This document shows positions 1 through 13,440 of a stretch of DNA of 51,266 nt, in pieces; the first letter of the stretch is position 1; every line of letters starts with the position of its first letter. The DNA is from Girardia tigrina (taxonomy: Eukaryota), in assembly GCA_001938485.1 (NCBI GenBank), contig MQRK01225404.1:1-51266 (forward strand). Direction: 5' to 3'. Position numbers and translations under genes: made by a program. The notes beneath the pieces were generated by a model that saw only the letters and a program-made list of their open reading frames with translations, did not search any database and was not told the DNA's origin.

Positions 1-518
1 AAACATTTGAATCGAAGGTAATAAAAGACATGGCTGAAAGCATGAGCATTAAAATGTGTTACTCGAGCCCTTACCATCATAATACGAATGGAATAGTAGA
101 AAGACAATTTCTGACAATTGGAGAATATTTAAACGCATCGCTACATACAAAGAAAGGATCAGACTGGGAGGAATTACTACCGGAAATAGAATTTACATTA
201 AATGCAACTTTCCAGAAAACAATAGGGAAGAGCCCAGCGGAAATTATATTCGGTAAGAAAATATACATAGAAGGATGGCATAGTCAAGATATAAAGCTAC
301 AGCAAGAAAAAGAAGACACAACAACAAAAGGAAATTTTGAAATCGGAGATGAAGTACTGGTCAAGGTGGAAACGGGGATAAAGAGTAAAGATAAATATGA
401 AGGACCGTATAACGTGGTAGAGAAAACACATGACAGAAGGTATAAACTAATAAATGAAAATGGAAGAATTTTAGATCGAAACGTGGAAAAATTGAGAAAA
501 TTCTTAAAGGGGATATGA
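1..518 (+). mobile_element. Ty3/Gypsy integrase C-terminal fragment
   Basis: SSPYHHNTNGIVER, WEELLPEIEFTLNAT, GKSPAEIIFG and GPY motifs; the ORF ends in the purine tract AAAGGGGA. Confidence 0.9.
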
Positions 519-1139
519 GGGGTTAGTTTTATGTTTCGCCAAAATAGTTTATTATTTTTTTAATTTGAAAATTTAAAAGAAATAAATTAACAATTACAAT
601 GTAGAGTAAAAATATGATAATAAATACTTATTTAAAATATGTTTACAGTAATAACAATTAACATATTTTAATAAAAGTTATAGAATAAGCTAAATAAATT
701 TTAATTAACGGATTAATATTTTCAGAAAGAATTATTTAATAAAATGGTTATTGTAAATTTAAATTAATTAGTTTTATGATTAAGTTTCATAAGAATGTAA
801 AATTTGGTTACATTAAAAATTTGTAAATTTTTTGTAAAAAAGTATAAGATGATTTAAGATTTAAATATTGTAAAATTTTTTGTAAAAAAATATAAGATTT
901 ATTAAGATCAAAATATTGTAAAATTTTTGTGAAAAAATGTAAGATTATTTAAAATTTAAATTTTTGTATATTTTCAAAATTTAATCGAAAAAATTTAATG
1001 AACTAATTTTGGGCGAAATAATTGAAGTAACAACAAATTTGTTTAAGTATATGAATTGTGAATATTAATAAATTTTTGTGGTGTTAAATTATGACTTTAG
1101 AATGTGATAATAATGAAAGTGGCATAAACGCTACTTACA
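514..1139 (+). repeat. Putative 3' LTR of the preceding Gypsy element, with about 3 internal ~47-bp tandem repeats (~820-970)
   Basis: Begins directly after the PPT (TATGAGG/TGAGG), ends ...CTTACA, AT-rich. Confidence 0.55.
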
Positions 1140-1149
1140 ACATTAAAAA

Positions 1150-1344
1150 AAGTAAACATTATATTTAATCATAGAAAATTACATTTGAAAAATATTTAAA
1201 ATATTTTTACATAAATATTAAATTCAACTATTTTTAAATAGTAGGAATTAAAGAAAATACCAATCATCCATCTGTGTAGGAGAGACACAATCCGAATCAA
1301 CATACAACATGTAAAACAACAAACAATTCAAAACATTCATCACA
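1150..1344 (-). repeat. LTR family A copy (solo or partial LTR)
   Basis: CCATCTGTGTAGGAGAGACACAAT...ATTCATCACA; similar sequence at ~6300-6387, 9302-9400, 42460-42547 and 43240-43325. Confidence 0.7.
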
Positions 1345-1999
1345 GAGGGGAACTGACATTGGCAAAGCGATGAATTGGATTGTTGAGAGACGCTCTGGTA
1401 GAGGTAAATGTCTTTTGTCTCTGATATTGTTAACAAGGAATTTGACTGACGAAATTGTAGCAGAAAATGCACTTAGTCAAGTTAAGTTATAGGTTTTTTA
1501 GAAATCCTTTTTGTATCGCTGGTATCAAGTCCATGAAAAAATGGCCATCTTCGTTGTCTTGTTTGCAAAGAGTTACGAACCATTAAATGATTTTCAATTT
1601 TGTCTTAAGTTTAATTGAAAATATAGACTTACTTTTTATCAAATTTGTTTTTCATACATTCTCACTGTTTTTGTTTCCGAAATTTGTTGATCTTGGGTAA
1701 TTGAATTAAATCTGTTGTATTTTTAGATAATTGAAATGCTAAGGTCTATTGCATGTTTTCTATAGTTCGAATTAAAAACAAAACGGTTTTTACTTCTTCA
1801 TTCATTACAAAGTAAAACATTTCATTTATATTTTTGATAAATAATATTTTAAAATTAGCGAAAAGATTAAATCGGAAAAATAAACTTTACACAGATATTT
1901 TTTAATTAGGAAGTTGTGAATAAAAATAATTGTAATTAATTAAAATTAAATTAAATTAGTTTTAATAAATACACTATAATTAAATAAATTACAATTGTG

Positions 2000-4109
2000 A
2001 TGAATAATTTGATAAATTTGATTTCGATAATTTCGAATGATAAACCAAATGAAAAAAATGAAATCCTGAAAAAAGTTAGTTAATTTATTAATTTACGATG
2101 ATTAATTTGCTTTTTCGAAATAGATAGAAGAAACTCCAGGAGCTTCGAGGCATTTAATGGACATTTGTATGTTAAGAGAATTGAAAGAGGATGTGAAAAG
2201 AGAAGCTGCCTCCCTTTTGAAGAAGCACGTTCATCATTATTGGTTTTATGAAAATTATTGTTCAAAGTTCCTTAATGAAACAGATAAATTATATATAAAA
2301 TCAAAGATTATTGATGGAATTGTGAAATCAGAAGGTGTTATTCAAAAAGATCTTCTATTAACATATGGAAAGATTATCTACTATGATTTTCCAAAACCTT
2401 GGTATGATTTACCAAACGAAATTATAAACATATTTGAAAGTAAAAATCATGACGATTGGATTTCGGGTTATTTGTGCTTCCAACAGTTATTTAAAAAGTA
2501 TTCATATTATTCATACTTAGATACTTGTTCTTCTATCATAAATGCAATAATGAAGAAACATTTACAAGTTTTGTTATATGATGATTCAGAAAGGGGAATT
2601 ACTCTACAAAAACATATTCTAAAATTACGTAACTTGTTCTCAAGATTTGAGAGGAACGTTTCGAAGGAAGAGTTTCAATTTTGGGTCCGATCTGCTGGTT
2701 TCATAAGCATGAGAGTTATCAACGAAAGGTCCACACAGTCTATGTTAATGAAGTGTCAGAAATGGGCAATTAAATTACTCTCAAAATTTATTGACATGTC
2801 CCTGTACAAAGATCAATCAAAAAATTCAGACTTGCATAATTCGGAGTCGTTTCCTATAACTATTATTCTGATATTGAACCAAATCTGTGTTAATTACTCG
2901 AAAGGAAGCTATATTCATCCAAAAGTGTTTGATAGTATCATTAAATGCTATTTAAATTTTATAAGATGTTCTAATTTACGGAAATATTTGCAACCATATT
3001 TTATTAATTTATTTCAAACTTTAATTTTCGGAATTCTCAGTAAGGAAGAAGAAGCAGCAAACCTCTCGTTGCAAAACGACCCAGAGAAGTTCTGTCAACT
3101 ATTATTCTACAATTCACAAAAATATAAAAGTACTTCAAAAATTGAAGATATGATAATTGAGGTCTCTGAATGTGATGAAACATTTTTAGAATCTTTATTT
3201 CGTTTAATCCTCAAAAGGTTTCGTTGTCAAGAAATCACACCCTTTACTAAACGTATCTATTTTAATGTTATAGGAACATTATCAAAATTATTTTCGAAAC
3301 AAAAACATTTCACTCGACCTCTTGAATTATTTATTGTTGAATTTGTGATTCCGGAACTAAAGTCGTCTGAAATATTGAGGAGATACAAAGCTTGCTGGTT
3401 AATTAAACAATTGGCTGCCATACATATTCAAGACAAAAGTCTTGTAGAATTATTGGTTTCTGAATTAATGTTTTTATTAATACATGACCAAGATCTGCCG
3501 GTCATGGTTATGGCAAGCGATGCTCTTGTAAAATTATTTTATGCCAGTAAGGAAGACAACGAAACATCCATCGTTACACATTTACGCCCAGTTGTACTTC
3601 AACTTTTAGAATTAATGAAAATAACACATAATGAAATATTTATTTCTATATTTAGCAAGTTAACTAAAATTTTCAGATTAGAAATCGTTCCGTATTCGTT
3701 GGATATAATGAAATATTCAAAGGAAATACTGATCAAAATTTGTTCAGAAGACTCAAATTTCCAAAGAAACAAATTAATTGAAATTTTTGAAACTTTCGAA
3801 GATATATCAAAGTCTCCAGTATATGAAGTGCCTTATTGTTTTAATTCAGATCCCGTAATTAGAAGAATCGCTCAGTATATTTTTGAAGAAAATTCGGATA
3901 TTGAATATTCTGAATCTGACTGTGATTGTTGCGAATGGAAATCACGAAAACTTATAATAAATTCTGACATTGAAAATTCTGAATCTGATACAGATAGTTA
4001 CGCGTCGAAACTGCAAAAGACAAAACAGCGACAGTCAAAAAAACGAAAAGCAAAACTGCGAAAGATAAAAGCTAGAACAAAAAATAGTGGAAGACAAAAC
4101 AGCCATTAA
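2000..4109 (+). CDS. Importin-7/8-like (importin-beta family, HEAT repeat) paralog A; exons 2000-2074 and 2124-4109 (~686 aa); C-terminally truncated, with an acidic then basic tail
   Basis: IBN_N-like VKREAASLLKKHVHHYW, DFPKPW, KCQKWAIKLL, NDPEKF, FVIPELKS..LRRYKACW, DLPVMVMASDAL. GTTAGT...AAATAG 49-nt phase-0 intron joins MNNLINLIS...ILKK in frame to IEETPGASRHLMDIC. Confidence 0.85.
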
Positions 4110-4399
4110 TAATCACCAGAAAATGTTATATAAACAAAGATAAACAAAACCATACAAAATTATAATAACCACTTGTTATAACAAAATCAAATATCAAAAC
4201 TTTTTTATCTAATTTAATTTTTGTGGAACAAATAAATGTAGATATATTCCGAATTATAATTGTTATGATTCTCCGTAATCATAAACTGAAATTATAAGGA
4301 AGACAAATTAAAGGAATTCAAAATTGTATTTTTAATAAAATCGGTTTATTTAAACAAGAAATAATTAATATCTTTTAATTTTTTTAAATATATAATTTA

Positions 4400-4830
4400 A
4401 TTTTAAGAAATTAAATAAATCATTATATTTCTCCACCCTCAAAAACACCATGGGTGGAGATGAAAGCCGGTTTGAGTCGACTCGAAATGCATAAGGAGAC
4501 CCGTCATCTAACACCTTGCATTTGCGGATTTTGTTACCGTATTGTCGATGATTATAACACAAAGTTCCTTGTTTACCGTTCAATTTTCGTTGTAATTGTA
4601 GTATTTTAATTTGATGTGTTCGAGATCTGTTTGTGTTCCATTGTCGGCGGGCCGGTTGATGATATGATCGAAATATCTGGCGGTGCTTGATTGAGTATTA
4701 AATCTGCTAATTCGTCAAAATCGTCGATGTCTTTAGCCGTGTGGCCAATGATGCGGCAACAAATTTGAATTGGAAGTTCCTGCAGGAAATTGAATTTAAA
4801 TATTTCCTGACAGTCAATACTAGCGTTGCT
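4400..4830 (-). mobile_element. Degenerate Gypsy gag fragment
   Basis: LCYNHRQYGNKIRKC knuckle and FLQELP...DELADLI, similar to the gag at 16751-17530. Confidence 0.65.
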
Positions 4831-4834
4831 GAAG

Positions 4835-6387
4835 GTTTTTTTTTGCGAAAATCAAAATATCATCCAAATATACGACTGCTTCTTACCAATTCAAATCTTC
4901 CAAAAATTTTACTATTAGCTCCTGAAAAGTTGCTGGGGCCGCAGCAATTCCAAAAGGCATTTGTACTTTGTTGAGAATGCCGTCTTAATCTTTGATTCAT
5001 CTTTTAATTCTACTTGATGGTAAGTGTTTCCCAAATCGATAGTACTAAAGTATTTTGCCCCATTTAGTGTATTAAACATATCGTCTACATTTGGCATTGG
5101 GGACGGGGGTCGGACGGTTATTTTATTTAACTGACGAAAATCTACACACACTCGAATATCTTGCTTTTTTCCAAACACATACTAAAGGAAAGTTCCAAGG
5201 AGACTTACACTTTTCGATAATATCGTTTTCTTTAAAGTGTTTTATAATATCATCTAGTTTCTATTCAAAATGTTTCGGTTGTCTATACGGTTTTACCAGT
5301 ACTTTAAAATTTCCTGACTTTAAAATTTCTTCTTTTATCTTCTGGAATTTTTCTATTCCGCAGTTTTTTTGTTCTCTTTTTATTTTCCACTGTTTTCCAT
5401 TCATTTTCTCTTTTTGTATTATATACTGCCACTGGTGCATTTCTTTTCTTTTTCTCATGTTCAAACATTCTTGTTGTATTTCTTCAATTTCATCAGATTT
5501 CGTGATACCTTGAATGGTTATTTGTTTTTGTACATCATCATCATCATCATCTATCAAGTTAACGTGTACTAAATTCGATAGTTCTTTCTTACCCAGTTTT
5601 TCTCTACCAATTTCTCTATTAGTTCGTCTGCCTTTCTAAATATTATTGTGGGATCGCTGGATCCAATTCTCAAATCTAACATTTCTTTCATTATACCTAG
5701 TACGGTTTTTTCCTTGGAGAACGCTGCTCTTAACTTTTCTTCCCATGTTTTACCGGGTGCTGTTTCATACTTAATTATTGCCTCTGGAGTCATGTATGGC
5801 GTGACTAAAAAGATTTTTCTTTCCTCAGAAAATCCCATTATCTTCGCGTATCTGTTGAAATTCTTCATAAATGCTTTCACTTTTGTCTCAGATCCGTCAA
5901 ATGTTTCTGAACCTTTGATATTCGGAGTCACATTGTCGTGTGTCGCCATATTACGAACACCAATTTGACTTTTCATATTTTTATTTAAACAAAAATTTTG
6001 ATTGTCCTTAAGACTATCTTTGTCAAAGCTTTCGTACGTTTGCATTCTAAACTACATTGATTAATGAATTAATTCTTATTATTTTTTAGCGCATGGAAAA
6101 ATAAATATTTTAATAAAATATTTACTCAAAACTTATTGGATAATAATTAAAATGGTTATTAATTATTGTAAAAATACTAATTTAATTTATTTATTAAAAA
6201 TTGTAAAAACTAATTAACTTATTTAAAATTTTACAATTATTTGAAACTAAAAATAAATTTAAAGATAACATATTTTTAGATAAAAAGAATTCAAATATTA
6301 ATCATCCATCTTGGTAGGAGAAACACATTTCCAAATCAACATACACATTCAAACACAAAACATCAAACATTCAAAATATTCCTCACA
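4835..6387 (-). mobile_element. Gypsy remnant: 5' LTR (family A, ~6093-6387), gag-like ORF 5569-6045, frameshifted RT
   Basis: KPYRQP, SPWNFP, RVCVDFRQLNK, FSTIDL, KTAF, MPFG, YLDD (~4860); the LTR starts TGTGAGG on the minus strand. Confidence 0.85.
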
Positions 6388-8330
6388 TGTATGAATGTGT
6401 TTGTGATTGTATGTTTGATGATGTGTTTGAAAATAATCCTTTAGAGATGTGTAGATTTGATAATGAGCTTGAAAATAATGATGAAATATGTGCTAGTTTG
6501 GGTACAGAAAATGAGAAAAATATAAACAAGAATACGGAAGATGTACTTATATTACCGAAGTTTAGCATAAATTATAAAGAATTGAAAGGACGACCAAGTA
6601 TAGAGTTCCGAATAAAGAATAAAAATGCCAAGTGACTAATAGATACAGAATCCTGAGTCAATGTTATTAAAGCAGAGATAATCAAAGATATGAAAGATGT
6701 CAGGATCAAAGAAACTAAAGACGTATACAATCTTATGCAAAGGTTTGTGAACGCTTGTTGTTAAATTGTCTTTTGCACCCAACTGCAATTATATTGACAA
6801 AAGCACACCAAAATACAAAGATTTTTTTAGAACATTATAATACGACACAAATTTATCAAAACTTGTCATAACTGGCACATAAACTTCGAAAAACCAGTGT
6901 ATATTAAGTATTTTGTGTGTTTACCCTTATTTTTGAGAAACGAACGAATTCGGTCAGGCATTGAACGGCATTATTTTTTACAATAGTCTGGTGACACTTT
7001 TTGAGTCCAAACATTTTCCACTGCTTTGATCATGTCCTGCAGGGAATTTTGGTACATGGCAGCAACCTGTTTCTTCACCTGGGTTCATGTATTCCTAATC
7101 GGATTGAGATCCGGTGAGTTGCCTGTCCAAGGACCAAAAATTTGGAAGCCTGACTGCGATAACCCCTCTCGAACAGCCTTGACATTGTGGCATGCTGAAA
7201 GAAAAGGCAACACGATCTGAAATATTTTTTTGCAGACAGCAGTGGTTTTTGCTGGCTTTGAGGACCTGAGACCTCAATCAGCTAATCTGCGACGGATTAA
7301 CCATTTGCTGATGGTTTGCAAGTGTTGGGACTGCCTACTGTGAAGTTGCACTGCTGTAGCATGAGGGGTTCCTTTAACCACCTGTAAAATTTCTCTGTCG
7401 TGTCTTTGACTGTTTGACCTTGGACGACCAGATCGAGATCTTGAACATAAGAAACCAGTCTCTCTTTTTCTCTGAACAGTCTGACACACAAATCCAAAAG
7501 AAACTTTACGAGTTGTAGCTATTTGTCGATAAGAAACGCCATGCTTCTGCAATGCTAAAACTGCTGCACACTATTCTGTTGTTAGCTCCTTGCCGTGGAC
7601 AGGCATGATTCTAAAATAAATAATGACAATTTATAACTTGAAAAGTAATAAAAATAAAATATGCATTTAATCTTTTAAATGGTTTATGTATACTTAACAA
7701 GAAATACACAAAAATGCAGTGCAACAACAAAAAGCAGTATAGAAGCAAGCGTTCACAAACTTTGCCCCTGACGTACATTGTTCAAATCCATCATATACTA
7801 ATGAATTACAGGTAATACAAGACAATCCAACTGACGAGGATAGACTGAGGAGAATAAAAGAGCTGTTTGAAAACAAAATTGGAAATAAACTAATGGAACC
7901 TTTAACAGAATATAAAGTAATATTTATGACCGACAAATAGGATATGAGGAAGACGTCGCTGACCAAACACAAGATGGAAACGCATGGAGAACCAGTTTTT
8001 GTGAAACCTTATCGACAACCACAACATTTCGGGGATAAACTGGACGATATTATTAGAAATAATGAAGAAATCGATATTTTCGAAAAGTGCAGATCACCGT
8101 AGAATTTTCTTCTGGTTAGTGTTTGGAAAAAGGAGAAACAGGATTTTCGAGTGTGTGTAGATTTTCTGCAATTGAACAAAATCACCGTTAAACCTGCATT
8201 TCCAATGCCAAATGTTGAGGAAAGGCTGAATACACTAGATGGAGCAAAGTATTTTAGCACAATCGATTTAGAAAACGCATACTAACAAGTGAAACTTGAG
8301 GATGATTTAAAAATCAAAACAGCCTTCATC
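6388..8330 (+). mobile_element. Gypsy protease-RT remnant (related to 4835-5560) interrupted by a Tc1 element
   Basis: LIDTES protease-site relic; ETKDV|HCSN rejoins across the Tc1 insertion; KPYRQP, RVCVDFLQLNK, FSTIDL, KIKTAF. Confidence 0.85.
6728..7773 (-). mobile_element. Tc1-like DNA transposon, internally deleted
   Basis: Imperfect TIRs sharing GCAAAG(G)TTTGTGAACGCTTG, TA on both flanks; HTH with RSGRPR; NSPDLNPI motif; the middle of the DDE domain is missing. Confidence 0.9.
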
Positions 8331-8639
8331 TGATTTTTTTGAAAGTTATCGATTAACTTCGATATCCAACCACAAACTACTTGACTTTGGAGTTTCAGCT
8401 CAATGCCGGAAAAGCCCCATGCATATACTAAGTTTAACCATGTGGTGCTCGCATATTAAAAATAAACGATTGAAAATAAAAAATTATTATTGGTGTGTAA
8501 AATAAATCATAATTGTTTTAATAATTACGTAAACTGTACAGTCTTAAATTTGGATTTAAACAAATAAATTTTATTGTTGCTCGTTTTCATTTGTTTTTGG
8601 CTGTCCGACATTTACCTTCAAATACATGGATGAAATCAG

Positions 8640-8930
8640 TGGGGCCTGATCTACCGCCGCCTCATTCGGTGGATCGGTACTCGGCTGATTTCCTCGGACT
8701 CGTCGAGTGGACCATCGATTGATACGGGCCTAGAGGTACGGCCAACCGTAATCTCTACCGTCCCGAACATCATCGATCGCCGCGTACTTGGTGTACCCGC
8801 TCTAGACTTGTTGCAGTAACGGCACAAACCGACACACCGACCAATGGGCACTGGAACCAATCGATCACGCCCGCCAGAGAGTCCCTCCGCAAATAAGATG
8901 TGCCGGTCGCTGCAGAACTATCCGTTGGCC
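8640..8930 (+). mobile_element. Probable LTR-retrotransposon PBS and GC-rich 5' leader
   Basis: AT-rich LTR-like tract ending ...TCA, then GTGGGGCC (PBS-like), then GC-rich non-coding sequence. Confidence 0.4.
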
Positions 8931-9200
8931 GACACATCAAAGCATGTAACTGCCGCTTTAAACTCTTCTAAATTTATGTGCCTACAGTCATTGTCTTTAC
9001 AAAGCCATGAAGCATCCTCAATTCTTTGTTTATTGACATCTAAACAAACTTTTAATGCCAACGTACAGGTATCACACCAAGCAGTGGCTCTACCATCGTT
9101 TTTCACAGACCAAGTCCTGCTGGCGAAATCGTTTGCTTTGATCTTTTCAATCGCTTTCTTCAACTCTTCGTCAATTTTACCTTCAAATTACTGGTAGATT
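8930..9200 (-). mobile_element. Gypsy RNase H fragment
   Basis: AWCDTC...IEDASWL..D.RHINLEEFKAA aligns with IWTDAS...IEDATGL...HINRSELDAA at 26039-26287. Confidence 0.7.
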
Positions 9201-9301
9201 GTCGTTTAAGAAATTATTGTAGTTCACTAGAAGATTGTAATAAATTTAAAGCAATGACGGTAAATGACAGGAGATGATTTATGAAGAATCGTTTGTTTGT
9301 T

Positions 9302-9480
9302 TGTGAGGAATGTTTTGAATTTTTTGTTGTTTTATTTGGTGCATGTTGTATGTAGATTCAGATTGTGCCTCTTCTACCCAGATGGTTGAGTGATATTTTC
9401 TTTGATTCCAAATAATTAAAAATAATTTAATTTAATTTTAAAGTAAAAAGATTTAAAATAATTTTCGAATGTAATATTTA
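9302..9480 (+). repeat. LTR family A copy
   Basis: TGTGAGGAATGTTTTGAA...CTCTTCTACCCAGATGG, the reverse complement of the other copies. Confidence 0.7.
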
Positions 9481-11269
9481 ATTTTTTGTTGCATTCATAC
9501 GTCCGAACCAGTTGCGTACGCCAACTCTAAAGATTACAATTCATAATACGAAGAAAATAATACAACATAATAAAATAAAACCGTCCTGATAAAACAAGAA
9601 TTATTTAAATATCAATAATCAAATAAAAGCCATAAAACATAAAAATACATACAAGACAAAATATATTTAAAATAAAATTATCACGAATTGAGACCGTGCT
9701 GAATTTTGTTGTCACCGGAATAGCGGAAAGAATCGGTGAAATCCAGTTATCTGCGGTCTGTGTTGGGACGTTGTTTCCAGAGCCATAAATGGATCCCATT
9801 GCAGTGAGACGATGAAATCAAACGATTTTAACTACAAATCTTACCCAAATAATATCATATTGGATACTCCGGTCTTAGCTCTTGAAGCCCACCTCCCAAG
9901 TCTGGGAACAAACCCTTCGACAATCTTAAAAGAAACAGTAAAGGTTCAATGAGTATCATCAAAAAAGTATTAAAACTTACGTTTCACAAAAATCGATAAT
10001 CATTGTTCATTATGAATGGTCCTGAAACAATAACATAGTGTATAACAATTACATTCCAAGAAAATCAACAATAACTTATCAAATAAGATACACAACATAT
10101 AAGACCGGGGCAGGAAATAATTTATCCATATTACGCATAACGGGTTGGTTGATTATTGACGAAGTGTGGTAGATATTGGCCGGTGTATATGTACACCACA
10201 TAAGTCGATCCGGTGATCTCGGGTGATACACAAAGATCATCCAATATATAAATCAGCTTGGATTTTACAAAAATCAATCAAATCAAATCAAAATTAAATT
10301 TAACAGGTACAGATCGTCTGGTATTTTATTTTATTTTGTTTGCTTTCTTTGATTCATGAATATTGTAATCGTTATTAAGCACCAGAATAAATATTTATTA
10401 TGAATTTGGTTTATTTATTTATTATAAATTTAATTAATCTCTTTATTGATAATTTACTTAATCTTACTATGAATTTAAACCCGTTTTATGTGAGTTACGG
10501 AAGTCTAACCGAATTAAATATTTAATTATGTATCTTTACAATTTAAATTTAAATTAGTAAGTAAAAGTTTGGGAAGGATTTGGTTACATTTTGGTTATTT
10601 CTTGACTTACATTCTTAATTTTTATATACCTGAGTTATAATTTACACATAAATATAGATATCTTAACCTACGGAACTTACAACTGTAAATATTGTTCTTT
10701 TATCAGTCTAAGTTAGAATTCTCAACTAGCTAAAGTAGGGCAGTATCCAATACGATCATGTTCTTTATTCATAGAATATCTCTGACTGTTGATTGTGTAC
10801 AAGTTGCGAAGGATGTTCAGTAGTTCCAACTCTGGAGACGTTGGTGACCCGCCTCTGAGTTCAAATGATTCCTCCTTGGACTTTAACGCGTAGTCGAGGC
10901 ACATCTCCAATCTTTGTAATTAATTTGATTGGTAATGGAATTCATAATAATCATGTCTTGTAACGTTTTTATATATATTTATCGTGTGCTGTAATTTTAA
11001 TTATTATATTATTAACCAGTATTATTATTAAAACATTGAATTATTACTAATGATCGAAGAAGATCAAGATTTTAATCGTGCTCTGTACTGTAGTGCTCAG
11101 AAAAACTAACACTTAAAAAATTGAAAAATTGAAAAAACTTTCAATTTTGATTTTTGTTTATTTAAATTAAAAGTGTGAAAATCGAGTGCACAAATTTTGA
11201 AACCTCAAATAAATATTATTGGTGTTGAATTTTCTCTTTTTCTTTCTTTTTTTCCACAAATAATGAGAC

Positions 11270-11930
11270 ATATGTGGTCTCTGAACTCCACACCACTAGC
11301 GGAACTGATCCGACCGACTACGATGCCAGAACATATCGACACGCTTGTCGCATTCAATGAAACCGCCCGGTGTCGCGAGAATGGATTGTGGAGACTACCC
11401 ACAGTTCCAAGTGGAACCAACTGTCCCACGTTCGGCGGTGTAAAACGGAGGACCAGTGTACACCGACCGCAATACCGACCCAAAGCGACCCGTCTACTGG
11501 TGGGCACTCGACCTGCGGGTATCAAGAGCGATAGCGAAACGATCGGTTGTTCTTTCCCGCCGGTGAACCTCAGCGGGAAATTAAGAGGTGCTGGTCGCCA
11601 CCACTCAGCCCAGCAGCCGGTGCCCCATATACTATGATATTATTTTATCGTGTGTTGTATTCCTAATAATTATTGATTAAATTGTTGCTAACGAGTTAGA
11701 TTCGTATTTTGTATGGATCGGCTTCTATCCACGAATATGCTTGTCTTTGATAAAGAGATTTTAATTACATATTTATTTTCCGGATTTATTTTGTAGTTTA
11801 TCATACCGTTTATTAAAATATTTGGACTAAACTAAAGTGTGGGTTTAGTGCCATATATGATTTAAAAGATTTTACAATTTAACTGAATGTGAATTAATTT
11901 TGAACGCTCTTAGAGTTCTAACTACTGACA
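11270..11930 (-). mobile_element. Probable LTR, PBS (TGGGGCACC) and GC-rich leader of an LTR element
   Basis: Minus-strand TGGGG at ~11624 marks a sharp AT-rich/GC-rich boundary; no credible ORF. Confidence 0.4.
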
Positions 11931-11999
11931 TTTTATCCTTTTGATAGAAGGATACTTTACATTTATCTTTCAAATTATTCAATATAATTTAAAAAATTT

Positions 12000-12900
12000 A
12001 TAATCCTCAGTAAATTTCTCTTGTCTCATTTCAAATTCATCAGAAGCAATACGCAATACTTTCCTTGATGTTTTTGGCAATGATAAGTTGCTTATTATGT
12101 GTTGGGCGCACATGCGTCGAATTGTAATGAAATATATCTATCTCTTAGAAGACGATGAGTCCAGAAAACCTGTGGACGAAGATATTGATTTTTTGCAGTT
12201 GTCTTCGAATACAGAGATCTTTTTGAAAGCAGTCGAATGTTTCCAAAAAATGGAAGAAATAAAAAATGTTTCTAAAATACATGAATAAAATGGGGTTTTC
12301 TACTCATAAGAACTGGTACGAAGGCGCCCGAATCCTCACGCCATCTACAAACAATGCGTTGGAGTCATTGAATTTGATAATACAAAATGAGCATACATTT
12401 CGAGAAACACTGCCACTGTCTCGTTTTCTCTTGAAGCAATGGTCAAAAATGTGTTTTCATGGCGATAAGTCATTCAGCAAAAGCACAACGATTTTCTTAA
12501 AAGATTTGATGGTAATATATGATTGGGCAAAAGAGAAGAACGACGTGAGCTCAAATGAGACTGAAGTTGGCAACGTTTACTATGTACCAAAAGGGCACGA
12601 GATTTTTTGGCCACCCCTGACCAAATCAAGTATGTCGAGTCGAAAGTTTGGGCAACTTTCGACCAGTTCAGGAGGCGAGCCTTTGCTATCTGGATTGTTA
12701 CTCTGCATCATGACATTGAGCAATGGCGACACGGCTCATGCACTTGCCCTTACTTTCTCAAACATTTTATATGCAAACATCTTTTTGGCCTAGAAATTCG
12801 TTTAAAACTCATAAAACCACCAGCTGAAGCAAAACACGCACCGATTGGAGAGAAAAGAAAGCGTGGTCGTCCTAAAAAGCGACAAAAGCTTTACTCATTG
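12000..12900 (+). mobile_element. MULE-like transposase pseudogene with SWIM zinc finger
   Basis: MCWAH, WYEG..PSTNNALES, CTCPYFLKHFICKH (SWIM), KRKRGRPKK AT-hook; frameshifted. Confidence 0.85.
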
Positions 12901-13299
12901 AATAATTTTTTTTCAATTTCAGCTTTTTTTATTTTATATGTTAATAATTCTTTAACAATTATCTTTTTATATTTGTACAATTGAATTAGTAATGAATACT
13001 TAATATGTTTAATAAATACTACTTATAAATACTTATAATATTGTTCATAAATACTGATAAATATATAATTTGTTACTTAGACTATTATATTTTAATACTT
13101 CATAAATGATTTGTATACTGAAAAATGTTTTTTTCTTTCGGATCAAAATTCATTCAAAATATTTTTTTAAAATTAATAAAATACGAATAAATCAATTAAA
13201 AAATACTGAGAGTTTTATTTTTTTTACTGAAAGTAAAAATACAGGCCGAAGAAATTCATCTTTGCAAATCAGAATTTAAATATTTGAGTGAAGTTAGAG

Positions 13300-13440
13300 T
13301 GGATCAGTGTTTGGTTATCAATGCAAAAAATTCAAGGGCGGGGTATATTTTCTCTGACGCTTCATTAAATGCATATGTGGCTTGTGCCTATGTGATAGAG
13401 GAAACGATGTTTGGAAACGAACGTATAATATTTGTAAATA
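13300..13440 (+). mobile_element. BEL/Pao RNase H fragment
   Basis: IFSDASLNAYVACAYV motif. Confidence 0.7.

Noticed and set aside
1345-1760. Possible MULE relic on the minus strand
   Set aside because: Similarity too fragmentary to support
11197-11637. ORFs in GC-rich islands (also 8651-8860 and 23111-23374)
   Set aside because: Open in several frames because of GC content; they lie in LTR or leader sequence and have no protein motifs
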